The notes below the pieces were generated by a model. It searched no databases. It had not been told where the DNA came from and worked only from the letters and a program-made list of their open reading frames with translations. Shown here one piece after another: positions 1-9,200 of a stretch of 64,000 nt of DNA. The translations under genes and the position numbers were made by a program. Source of the stretch: an uncultured delta proteobacterium. Lineage in GTDB: Bacteria; Desulfobacterota; BSN033; UBA1163. The stretch's first letter is position 1, and the number at the start of each line of letters is the position of its first letter. The stretch covers positions 800,001-864,000 of the forward strand of contig CAWHBU010000004.1 of NCBI GenBank assembly GCA_963827685.1, in the 5' to 3' direction.

Positions 1-219
1 ACGGCGACTGGCGTGACCCTTTCATTCAGGAAGTTCTACGTTACGGCCACGATCGTCGCAACCGGGATCGCCGCAGACTCGGCCTATTTGGGCATGTTCC
101 TTACGACTTACGCTCGGAATCTTGTGGCGATCCAAAGAGATCTCTCTTTCTCTGCCAGGGCGAGGGGGCTGAGTTTTGTGGCCTTTGCAAAAAAATTATT
201 TTTTAGGGGGAAGCCATGA
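1..219 (+). CDS. Partial phage protein (C-terminus), Thr/Ala-rich, probably structural
   Basis: Frame open from base 1 to TGA 217-219; ATGA overlap with the next ORF. Confidence 0.55.
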   Translation, partial: TATGVTLSFRKFYVTATIVATGIAADSAYLGMFLTTYARNLVAIQRDLSFSARARGLSFVAFAKKLFFRGKP

Positions 220-371
220 AAATTTTTGATTTCCTGTTCAAGCGAATGACCAAAGTGACCGCTGACTCAAGGAGCAAGAAAAAAGTAACATTGGACATGG
301 TAGTCACCCGGGCCGATGGCTCGGTGGAGCGTTACATGGCCGATGAAAAGGGCCAAAGGAGGATCAAATGA
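216..371 (+). CDS. Small phage hypothetical protein (51 aa, MKIFDFLFKR...GQRRIK), absent from the ORF track
   Basis: ATG 216 after GGGG, TGA 369-371; ATGA overlaps on both sides. Confidence 0.6.
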   Translation: MKIFDFLFKRMTKVTADSRSKKKVTLDMVVTRADGSVERYMADEKGQRRIK

Positions 372-577
372 AATTGAGATTCGGAACATTTCCGAGGGAG
401 GTGAAGCTTTACGACGGCGATGGCGTTGAGGTTTCATCGAAATTTGAAGAAGGCGTCCTCATCGGAATCGAGTTAACCAAGAAAGAGGTCCTCGCCATCT
501 TCGGAGAGATAGAGGTCGAGAAAGCTGCGCCGGGCGAGGTACTCCGGAAAATAGCCGACGCATGGAAGGAGGGATGA
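368..577 (+). CDS. Phage hypothetical protein
   Basis: AGGAGG RBS, ATGA-coupled to the upstream ORF. Confidence 0.65.
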   Translation: MKLRFGTFPREVKLYDGDGVEVSSKFEEGVLIGIELTKKEVLAIFGEIEVEKAAPGEVLRKIADAWKEG

Positions 578-581
578 TCGA

Positions 582-989
582 ATGGACCCCTTAACTTTTT
601 TATGGTTATTGGCTGCCGTTCTGCTCTTCGGGGCGACGATGTATACCCAGTTCGGCGAGGAATTGATCGTCGATTTCATCGATGCGACGGCAACCCCAGG
701 CACGCATTATATCGGCGCCGGAACCGGGGCGGGCTCCTACGTCAAAGGCACGACCATTATCTTCACCGAGGTCGGCGAGGCGAGGGTATCCGCGACCAAG
801 AGCCAACCGGCCGCGGATAAGAATCAGTGGCAGGCCACGCAAAATTATACCGGCACCAAGACGATTACGAATGCCGCCGTCTGCTCTCAAAGCACCGGAT
901 CGAACGTGATGCTTGGCGTGGATGCGCTTTCCATCGCGGTCAACAACGGCGATTCGATCCAGTATACATTCACGCTGGAGCAGACATAG
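582..989 (+). CDS. Phage structural protein resembling tail-collar/fibre N-terminal domain proteins
   Basis: Motifs YIGAGTG...FTE...R...TITNAAV...GDSIQYTFT; GGAGG RBS upstream. Confidence 0.55.
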   Translation: MDPLTFLWLLAAVLLFGATMYTQFGEELIVDFIDATATPGTHYIGAGTGAGSYVKGTTIIFTEVGEARVSATKSQPAADKNQWQATQNYTGTKTITNAAVCSQSTGSNVMLGVDALSIAVNNGDSIQYTFTLEQT

Positions 990-1004
990 GATTAGGATCC
1001 GACG

Positions 1005-1352
1005 ATGCAGGTCTTAGATTTTGATGCGGCCCTCGAGAAGCAGCCTTCCGAACAGTTGACGATCAGACTGGAACTGGCAAAGATCTATTCATCCCTGGTC
1101 GTCTCGGGTTATGTCCTCGCCACCGCCGATCTGAAGGTTTTCGACTCGGAGGGCACGGACGTCACGGCAACAATGGTCTCGGGCGCTCCCACGATCGATG
1201 CGGTCAACTATTACATTTTTACAACGATGATCGCCGGCACGGACGGAAAGGATTATTATGGCAGGCTTAAAACCACCTGGACCAAGGCAAGCCAACCTGA
1301 CCAGAAACCGGAATGCGATTTTTTGATCCAGGTGCGGCAGAAAGGATTTTAG
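1005..1352 (+). CDS. Putative phage fibre-tail adaptor protein
   Basis: KQPSE N-terminal motif and G.DGKDY C-terminal motif, typical of the KDP.E...GG..G..Y adaptor family. Confidence 0.5.
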   Translation: MQVLDFDAALEKQPSEQLTIRLELAKIYSSLVVSGYVLATADLKVFDSEGTDVTATMVSGAPTIDAVNYYIFTTMIAGTDGKDYYGRLKTTWTKASQPDQKPECDFLIQVRQKGF

Positions 1353-1373
1353 GATTTGCGTAACAAAAGAATG

Positions 1374-1462
1374 CCAGGTTGCTTGAGTTCATTGGGTCAC
1401 CTGGGTTCTTCGAGTTAACTCAAGCAACTCAATAGACCCAATAAACTCAATAAACCCAACAA
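1374..1462. repeat. Inverted tandem 9-mer array (TTGRGTTYA)n-(AACYCAATA)n, hairpin-forming
   Basis: About 5 left and 5 right units centred on GTTAAC 1414-1419. Confidence 0.85.
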
Positions 1463-1475
1463 AGGAGGTGAAATC

Positions 1476-1835
1476 ATGAGCGAAGTTCAAGAAAAGTTTC
1501 TGGACTATCTCAAAAAGGATCGCAGGAGGTCCTTTAACCTGAAAGAGTTCGATCCGGATCTGGATTGTGTGATCTTCTATTCGCCGATTACAGTCCTTGA
1601 CATGGAGAAGATCCTTACTCTATCGGGCGGCGGATCGAGTACGAAGGATTTTCATATTTTTATGATCCTTGAGAAGGCCGAGACGGAGAGCGGAGAGAAA
1701 GCATTTTCAATAGATTTTAGGCCATACCTCGAGAAGATGGATTGGGACATTATATCCGGGATCTCCAACCGGATCAACAAAAGAATCCCAGTCCCGGAAG
1801 TAAAAAAAACCTTAGAGACGACCCCTTCCTCTTAA
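1476..1835 (+). CDS. Tail assembly chaperone (gpG-like)
   Basis: Acidic 119-aa ORF upstream of the tape measure gene; GGAGG RBS; slippery A8C near its end. Confidence 0.8.
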   Translation: MSEVQEKFLDYLKKDRRRSFNLKEFDPDLDCVIFYSPITVLDMEKILTLSGGGSSTKDFHIFMILEKAETESGEKAFSIDFRPYLEKMDWDIISGISNRINKRIPVPEVKKTLETTPSS

Positions 1836-1966
1836 ATCTGTACGCTCTCGCCGACAAAAAGCGTACCTTCGTAAAAACCATATTGGAATCTGGAATCACA
1901 ATGGAAGAGTTTCAGTACCAGATCGCATTTTATGAGATCCAGGCGGAAGAAATAAATAAGGGTTAA
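1802..1966 (+). CDS. gpT-like extension of the tail chaperone, reached by a -1 frameshift (gpGT about 163 aa, 1476..1966)
   Basis: GTA AAA AAA ACC at 1800-1811; the -1 frame reads KKNLRDDPFLLNLYALA...FYEIQAEEINKG. Confidence 0.8.
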   Translation, partial: KKNLRDDPFLLNLYALADKKRTFVKTILESGITMEEFQYQIAFYEIQAEEINKG

Positions 1967-2097
1967 TTGAGTTTGTTGGGCTCATTGGGTTTATTGGGCT
2001 TATTGAGTTCATCGGGTTTATTGGGTTCGTTGGGTTTATTGGGTCTATAGGATTAACTCAAAGAACCCAAAGAACTCAAAGAACCCAAGTAACCCAC
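1967..2097. repeat. Inverted tandem 9-mer array, same family as 1374-1462
   Basis: About 10 TTGGGTTTA-type units, centre ATTAAC 2052-2057, about 5 AACYCAAAG units. Confidence 0.85.
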
Positions 2098-2112
2098 TGA
2101 GCGGAGCGAAAC

Positions 2113-3972
2113 ATGGCGGGAATCATCATTGAATTGACCGTTGACGATAAGGGCACCGTCAAGGTCAAGCAATTTACCGACGAGGCAAAAAAAGCCTTCG
2201 ACCAGATGAAGAAAGGGCCGGAGGATGCGAAGGGGCCTCTCGCATCGCTCCAGGAAGGCTGGGTTGCCCTGACCGCGAAAATCGCCGTAGCGAGTGCCGC
2301 GATCTATACAGTCGTTAGAACCATCTCATCTCTTGTGGCCGAAGCCGCCGAGTTCGAAGCCAGCGAAACCCGACTCGGTTTTGCTGTGGACAGGGCCGGA
2401 TACTCATGGAATACCTGGAAATCCTACGTCGATGCCTGGAACGAGAGCATTGTTAAAACGACCCTGTTCACCGATACCCAGGCGAACCAGGCGCTCGCCA
2501 GGATGCTCATGTACACGACCAATCTCACGGAGGCACAAAAAGGCGCCCGCCTTGCGATGGACTTATCGACGCGCTCCGGAGAACCTCTCGAGGAGACTCT
2601 CAGGATGATCGGCATGGCCATGACCGGCAACGTGGAGATTCTCGGAAGATATTTCCCTCAGTTTCGGAATCTGAACACCATCCTTGGAGAGAACGCATCT
2701 CTCGACACAAAGGCAGCCTATGCCATGAAAGTCCTGACGGATCAATTCGGCGGCATGGGAAAACAGTTGCCGATCTTCAAGGACGAGGTCACGGAGTTTA
2801 ACAAATCGTGGGGTGACACGAAAAAACTTTTCGGCGAGGATTTGTTGCCGCCGATCACGGCAGTCTTGAACATATTCAAGGGCGCCCTCGAGGAGATACG
2901 GGCGTTTAAGCAGGAGCTAAAGGAAGGGTATGGTCTGCTGGAAGAAAAACCGACCCCCCAGAAAGGACCAATGGCCATTTTTACGGTCGACGAAGGCCTG
3001 CCGGAAAAGATCAAGACAACTGTCCTCGATCCTTATGCCAAATACAAAAAAATTGTCGAAGAAGTAACTGCGGCCCTTGAATCCACCATTCAGATAGAAG
3101 ATGAGCGCGGCCAGGTTGCAATGGGCCGACAAGAACTTATCGAGATGGGATGGGTAAAGGAAAAAAACTTGGTCGAACAGGTTAAGGAGGAACTCACAAG
3201 ACTCGACTCAGAGATGAACGAGTGGGGCGAAGTCAGTGTGGCCAGGCAAGAGTTAGTTGAATCAGGATGGAACAGGGTCAAGGATGCACAATCTGAGACG
3301 AGAAGAATCCTAACGGAGTATGCGAAGACCTTTGGGGATACGGCTCTCGAACAAAAAATTCGCCTTGAAGAACTTGCGGTCGAAACGGAAAAACTTCAAA
3401 GGCTTGGCGTTCCCCAGGAGGCGATACAGAAATATACCCAGGCTGTGAAATCAAACATGAGCGAGATGACATCAACCTGGCAGGAACTCGGGAATAATAT
3501 CAATTCGGTCTGGAGCGAAAACGTGACGGGAATTCTGAAGGGGACAACGACTATTAAGGATGCCTTCAAGAATATGGCGACCGGCATGGCTGATGCCTTT
3601 ATCAGCGCGGTCACAAAGATGATTGCAAACTGGATCCTCTTTCAAAACGTCCAGGGGACTTACAAGGTAGGCCAGGGGTTAATTGGCTTGATTGGCGGTA
3701 TTTTTGCTCAAGAGGGCGGAATTTTCAATCAACCCACTCCTGCGATCATCGGCGAGGCGGGTCCCGAAGCCGTCATCCCTCTCAAGGGCGGTAAGATCCC
3801 GATCGAGGGCAGCCAGGGCCAGACAATCATCAATCACAATTATTTTGGGGTCACTGACGCTGAAGGCTACCGGCGCATGGCGCTGCAAAATAAGGATCTA
3901 CATCAAGGGATGGCCTTAGCAGCTTTTTCGGAAGGCAAAAGACGAAATCTTAAGGAATTCAGAAATAGGTAA
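2113..3972 (+). CDS. Tail tape measure protein
   Basis: 619 aa, helical; N-terminal IIIELTVDDKG and C-terminal EGGIF...IIGEAGPEAVIPL motif; follows the chaperone. Confidence 0.9.
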   Translation: MAGIIIELTVDDKGTVKVKQFTDEAKKAFDQMKKGPEDAKGPLASLQEGWVALTAKIAVASAAIYTVVRTISSLVAEAAEFEASETRLGFAVDRAGYSWNTWKSYVDAWNESIVKTTLFTDTQANQALARMLMYTTNLTEAQKGARLAMDLSTRSGEPLEETLRMIGMAMTGNVEILGRYFPQFRNLNTILGENASLDTKAAYAMKVLTDQFGGMGKQLPIFKDEVTEFNKSWGDTKKLFGEDLLPPITAVLNIFKGALEEIRAFKQELKEGYGLLEEKPTPQKGPMAIFTVDEGLPEKIKTTVLDPYAKYKKIVEEVTAALESTIQIEDERGQVAMGRQELIEMGWVKEKNLVEQVKEELTRLDSEMNEWGEVSVARQELVESGWNRVKDAQSETRRILTEYAKTFGDTALEQKIRLEELAVETEKLQRLGVPQEAIQKYTQAVKSNMSEMTSTWQELGNNINSVWSENVTGILKGTTTIKDAFKNMATGMADAFISAVTKMIANWILFQNVQGTYKVGQGLIGLIGGIFAQEGGIFNQPTPAIIGEAGPEAVIPLKGGKIPIEGSQGQTIINHNYFGVTDAEGYRRMALQNKDLHQGMALAAFSEGKRRNLKEFRNR

Positions 3973-3975
3973 AGA

Positions 3976-4060
3976 AGACCTCAGACCTTAGACTTTAGAC
4001 CTCCGACTTTAAATCTTTCAGTCTGGAGTCTGAAGTCTATAGTCTGATGTCTGGAGTTTG
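3976..4060. repeat. Inverted tandem 7-mer array (AGACYTY)n-(AGTCTRR)n
   Basis: agacctc agacctt agacttt agacctc cgacttt ... agtctgg agtctga agtctat agtctga. Confidence 0.8.
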
Positions 4061-4064
4061 AGAA

Positions 4065-5096
4065 ATGGCGCTAACTCTTCCCCACGACAATGAGCTAATC
4101 CTCGAGTATCCGTATCAGGAAGACCTAACCTTCAAGACCGTTATATCGCAGGCCGAAAATGGCGTGGAGCAACGTCAACAGCGCTGGAGCCAGGGCAAGC
4201 GCACCTTCAGCCTAAAATACATGAATTACAGAAAGCATCTCAACAGGCTCTACAATTTTTATACGCTGTGCGCCGGCTCGGCAAAATCCTTTAATTTTCA
4301 ACCCGTGATCGATCCGCTCCTTCCCTATGATCAAACCACCATCTGGCTTCCTCTACATGAAGGAGGAGGAGCCAAAGTGGACGATTGGAATGGTTATATT
4401 TTTCCGGCCCTGACCTGCAGGTTCATGGATGACAATCTTTCGCTCGAAGAATTTTCGGTCAGACTTCAGCGGATCGGGATTAAGATCTACCAGTTCGAGC
4501 CGATCGTTTTCACCAACAACTATGGAATATTGACCGGCGGCGCGTGGAACCTGTGCCCGGACTACAGTTCGTGCATCTCCTTCAACGGATCGTCGGACTA
4601 TCTTTCTTTAGGAGATGCTGCGGATGCAGATGTAGGAACGGGGAACTTTAGCTTTGCGTTTTGCATTTATGCTAATTCTCTATCAGCGATTCTATACGTG
4701 ATGAGCAAGTATACCAACATTGGGGGTGCTGCTGGTTATGAACTCTATATAACAACAAATGGAGTGATCATATGCGTAGTTACTGATGGAACCCACACAA
4801 ATTCGATAGGGAGTGCAACTTCGGCGATCCCGAATCAGAGTTGGAAAATCGTTGCCGTGACGGTTAACCGCAGTGGGAATGGTCAGATTTATGTGAACGG
4901 TGTAGCAAGCGGTTCCCCAACGGCTATTACAGCCACTTCGACTATGAGCAACGCCACAAGCCTTTACCTGGGACGGATCGAAGGTATTGGATATGCCAAT
5001 TGCAAACTCAGGAATTTCCTCTTTGCCAAAAAAGTCTGGACACAAACCGAGCTCGATCTGATCTTCGATACATGGAGGCCGATCTTCGGAATCTAA
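4065..5096 (+). CDS. Distal tail protein (DUF2460/gpM-like) with LamG/concanavalin-A-like lectin domain
   Basis: FKTVISQAENGVEQR..RW, LYNFY....G...SF and CRF.DD.L motifs; LamG motifs FNGSSDYL and W..VAVT......QIYVNG. Confidence 0.75.
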   Translation: MALTLPHDNELILEYPYQEDLTFKTVISQAENGVEQRQQRWSQGKRTFSLKYMNYRKHLNRLYNFYTLCAGSAKSFNFQPVIDPLLPYDQTTIWLPLHEGGGAKVDDWNGYIFPALTCRFMDDNLSLEEFSVRLQRIGIKIYQFEPIVFTNNYGILTGGAWNLCPDYSSCISFNGSSDYLSLGDAADADVGTGNFSFAFCIYANSLSAILYVMSKYTNIGGAAGYELYITTNGVIICVVTDGTHTNSIGSATSAIPNQSWKIVAVTVNRSGNGQIYVNGVASGSPTAITATSTMSNATSLYLGRIEGIGYANCKLRNFLFAKKVWTQTELDLIFDTWRPIFGI

Positions 5097-5099
5097 TAT

Positions 5100-5753
5100 A
5101 TGCCCACCGAGGTTACGAACACCTTCAGGGACGAAAAAAACAAGCAGGTCAATGCTCCGATAACTCTGTACGAGGTGGAGATCGACAACACGACGGAACT
5201 CGATATCGCGGAGTATGACGTCCCCGTGGTTTATGGCGGCAAGGTCTATACTCCGTTTCCCATCACCCGCGAAGGGATCCCCATGAATTTGAGTGGCGAA
5301 ATCGATATGGTGAGAGTTGCCGTCGCCAACGTGAACCAACAGATGGGCGCCTATCTTCTTGCGAATAACGGCCTCAGGGGAAAGAAGGTAGTGATGAAGT
5401 TGGTTTTCAGCAGCCTACTCGATGATCCCGATGCCCATATCGACAACGAATATTGGATCGATGGGGCGATTATAACCGAGCAGACGGCCACGTTCAATCT
5501 GACCTCGAAGCTCGACTTGCTTCAAGTACAGATCCCTTTGAGAAGCTTCATTCGCGATTTCTGTCCCTGGGACTATAAAAAACTGGGATGCTGGATATTT
5601 ACAGGAACTTATTCGCCCCCGTCCGGATTCGCCAACGCGGCCACGCAGTGCGATAAGACGCGAAAAGGAGAGCACGGCTGCGAATATCACAACAACGTAA
5701 AGCGATTCGGAGGATCCCCGACAATGCCAGCCAGAAGAGTATATGTGATTTAG
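5100..5753 (+). CDS. Minor tail protein, lambda gpL-like (hub, C-terminal Cys cluster)
   Basis: YGGKVYTPFPI, CPW....GC...QCDK....GC..H.N..RFGG.P. Confidence 0.85.
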   Translation: MPTEVTNTFRDEKNKQVNAPITLYEVEIDNTTELDIAEYDVPVVYGGKVYTPFPITREGIPMNLSGEIDMVRVAVANVNQQMGAYLLANNGLRGKKVVMKLVFSSLLDDPDAHIDNEYWIDGAIITEQTATFNLTSKLDLLQVQIPLRSFIRDFCPWDYKKLGCWIFTGTYSPPSGFANAATQCDKTRKGEHGCEYHNNVKRFGGSPTMPARRVYVI

Positions 5754-5761
5754 GAGGCTCG

Positions 5762-6190
5762 ATGAAATTCGATAAGCAGAAATCGGATCGGATAGCGCAG
5801 GAATTGCTCAAATGCGGGTTCGAAAAGGCCGGAAGAGGCCCAGACAAGATCGACTGCATGGGCGTCATCATCATCTACATGAAGGAGTTCGGGATCGAGA
5901 TCCCGGACTATTCGCATATCAAAGATTGGGGCAAGTATGACGAGGAATACGTCAAGGCGATCCCAAAGTTGCTGCGAAAGTTGGAATCCGATGAAAAACT
6001 CAGAATAGGGGACATCATCGTTTTTCGCAACACGCAGGAGGTTACGGGCAATCTCAATCACGCGGGTATTTACCTCGGCGACAACGATTTTATCCACGCG
6101 GGCGCAAAGTTCGGGGTAATGATCGATAAACTCTATGAGCGGTTCTGGAAAGACAGAGTATATGGACATTTCCGACTAAGGGAACAATGA
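5762..6190 (+). CDS. NlpC/P60 tail protein (gpK-like)
   Basis: GRGPDKIDCMG and HAGIYLG...FIHA catalytic motifs. Confidence 0.9.
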   Translation: MKFDKQKSDRIAQELLKCGFEKAGRGPDKIDCMGVIIIYMKEFGIEIPDYSHIKDWGKYDEEYVKAIPKLLRKLESDEKLRIGDIIVFRNTQEVTGNLNHAGIYLGDNDFIHAGAKFGVMIDKLYERFWKDRVYGHFRLREQ

Positions 6191-6251
6191 TCCAATTCGC
6201 AAAGGACACGGTAGCGATTTATAGGATGGTCAAGGAGTTCAGCAAAACCGT

Positions 6252-9200
6252 ATGATCACGGTTAAATATTTTCCCTGTATTTTTGAAGAAAAATCCTACG
6301 AGTTTGAGTCTCGAAATTCGTCCCTTGCCACCGTTCTTCTCAGCCTCATGAGGAGATTCCCCGAGATAAGAAAAGATTCGGGGAACATCTCGATCAGGGT
6401 CAACGGTAAATTGATCTCTCCTTTTGGTTGGGCCCGGACTTCGCTGAAGGATGGGGACAAGGTATTCATCATCCAAGAAATAGGAATAATCGACTGGATA
6501 TTGGAAGCGTGGATCGCCATATCCGCGGGACTTTCTCTATCTACCGTCACGGCCGCCGGTCTTTCCGCATTTACGATCGCTGGCATATCGGCCGCCACCA
6601 TCTCGACTATCCTGAGCGTCGTGCTTGTCGTTGCCTGCATCGCTTTTTCAATTTATTCGATGTGTAACAAACCCGATGCCGCAAAGGCCATCGGCGCGTC
6701 TTCCCCGACCTACGGCTGGGATGGCATCAGAACAAATATGGGTCAAGGATCGCCCGTTCCCCTGATCTATGGAGAACACATCACGGGCGGCACATTGATC
6801 GGCATTTACGTAAGTACCGACGGAGAGAAAAATTATTTGAATATGCTGATCGCCCTGGGCGAGGGAGAGATTGGCGGAATAATGAAAGAGGACCTCTCCG
6901 GCCTCTGCGCATCGAATGCCGACAATCCGTACATCAAGATCGACAACAATTTCTTAAGCAATTATGGTGCCGGTAACTATTGGTGGGACTACAGGCTCGG
7001 AACCCAGGAGCAAGAGATCATCCCGGGCTGGGAAGATATCAAAATCGTTTACGAGCCGGGGTCCCCGAGCCTGAAGGGCGACAACTACATCTATACGACT
7101 GTTGATTCCGACGTGGAAGCCTTTGAACTTGGCATTCGGTATACTCAAATGGTCGTCTATTGGCACAACCGGACTTACGCGGAAACCCTCAACCTGCGCA
7201 TCTCTCACAGGATTCACGGTACAGCCGAATGGACCGATGACGGCGTCTTTTCCGTGGCCGGCGCCACGATGTCACCGTTGAGAAGACGGTTCCGGAAAGA
7301 TGAACTTGCGCCGAATCAGTACGATATCAAAATCCATTTCGAGAGCATGGATCCGGGTTACGATTCCGATGCCTTTTTGGACAACGTTACGGAAATAAAG
7401 TATGGCGCCATCTCCTATCCATTCACCGCGGTCGTAGCACTTAAATTTCTGGCCACGGAGAAGATGAGCGGCAGTACGCCAAACGTCCTGATCAGGATGA
7501 GAGGACTCAAAATCAAAAATCTCGAAACCGAAGTCGTCGAATGGTCGCCGAACCCCATCTATGCGGTAAATGACGCGATAGTAAACGAGCGGTACGGCCT
7601 CGGCAGGTTTCTTTCCTCGGTGAACATCGACACAGACCAGCTGATCGAAGAGGCCCAGCATTGTTTCGAGATGGTGGGAGACGGAACCAAGAGGCCTGCC
7701 GACGCCGTAACCGCGACCAGCCTCACTTGCAGTAGCTATACCTTCGTGGCGGGCGATATTGGCAGGACCATCTGCATGGTGTCTCCTCTCGACTCTACGG
7801 CGTACACGAGTCTCCTGATCACGTCTTTAACCGGGGACCATCAGGCCAACGGGACGGCTGGTTGGTCGGACGGAATCCCGACGGGATCGGAATGGGAGTT
7901 CGGAGAACATAGATTCGAACTCGACCTGGTAGTGGATAGCCAGGACAACGCCATTAGCCAGATTCAGGTCATGTGTGCAAGTTTCAGATGCGCCCCTCTT
8001 TGGACGAAGAACGTGGTCCAATTGATTATCGACCGGAAAAAAACGCCGAGCTATTTATTCAATATGGGAAATATTCTCGAAGGAGCGTTCCAGCATACTT
8101 TCGGAAGCGAGAAGGAAAAGCCTACGGTCATCGAAGTAGATTTTGCAAATAGGGATTCCTACTACCAAAGGGAGGTCAGGGAGGTCGACAATAATGAAGC
8201 CTTCCTGGCGAATAATCCGAGACGCATTCGGAAACTTAGTCTGCTCGGCTGCACACGGCCTTCCCAGATATTCCGCGAGGGCAGATATCAGCTGAGAGCG
8301 GCCCAACTCCAGGACCAATCCATCCAGTTTGGCGCTATGATCGATGCGATCCATAATCTCCCAGGCGATCTGATCAAATTTCAGCACGACGTAAATGCGT
8401 GGGGCAAGGGCGGCCGCATCATGGCGGCAACCATTAATTCAATAACTGTAGATCAGGAAATCCAGATCGAGGCGGGCAAGACTTATGTCGTGACGGTCAG
8501 GCAACCAGGGGCGACGGCGGGATCTGAAATCCTGGAGACAAGGACGGTCAATAACGCCGCCGGTTATACGAACCTGCTGACGGTCTCGAGCAATTTTTCC
8601 GCCGTTCCTCAAGGATTTTCGCTCTATGCTTTTGGGCAGTCGAACGTAGAGGCCGTGCCCTTTACCATAACCAAACTCACCCGCACAAAGGACAATCAGA
8701 TGCAGGTGGAGGCGAGTCTTTACGATGTGAACGTCCATGCCGACACGGGCATAATCTTGCCCGAACCCATCTACTCGCAGCTGCCAAATCCCCTCAAAGT
8801 GCTGCCGGTCACGAATTTAACGCTTACCCAGGGCGGAAACACTCTTGACGACGGGAGCTGGTCGCCGTGGGTTGAGATCGGATTCGTCGCCCCGGACGAT
8901 CCTATTGTCGTTGCGTGGGATCATTGTGAGGTCTATATCTCGATATCTCTGGACGGCTTTGTCACGGAGGCGACGCAATTCTACGGCAATTGCACGCAGC
9001 AGAACGGCTATGTCATACGCAGCTCCTGGCTCGTAGCGGGAGTGACCCTGCGCGTGCGTCTTGTGAGCGTCAATAAATCAAATAAAAAAGGCGATTGGTC
9101 GACCAGCCCTTACGCCGATATCACGATTGCCGGAAATGCCACCGCGCCGGCGAACGTCAGTGGCTTCGCGGTGACCCAGGTGGCCGATCACTTGAATTTT

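Noticed and set aside
1374-2097. CRISPR array interpretation of the 9-mer arrays
   Set aside because: Units are 9 nt, degenerate, contiguous and inverted about a centre; there are no unique spacers and no cas genes.
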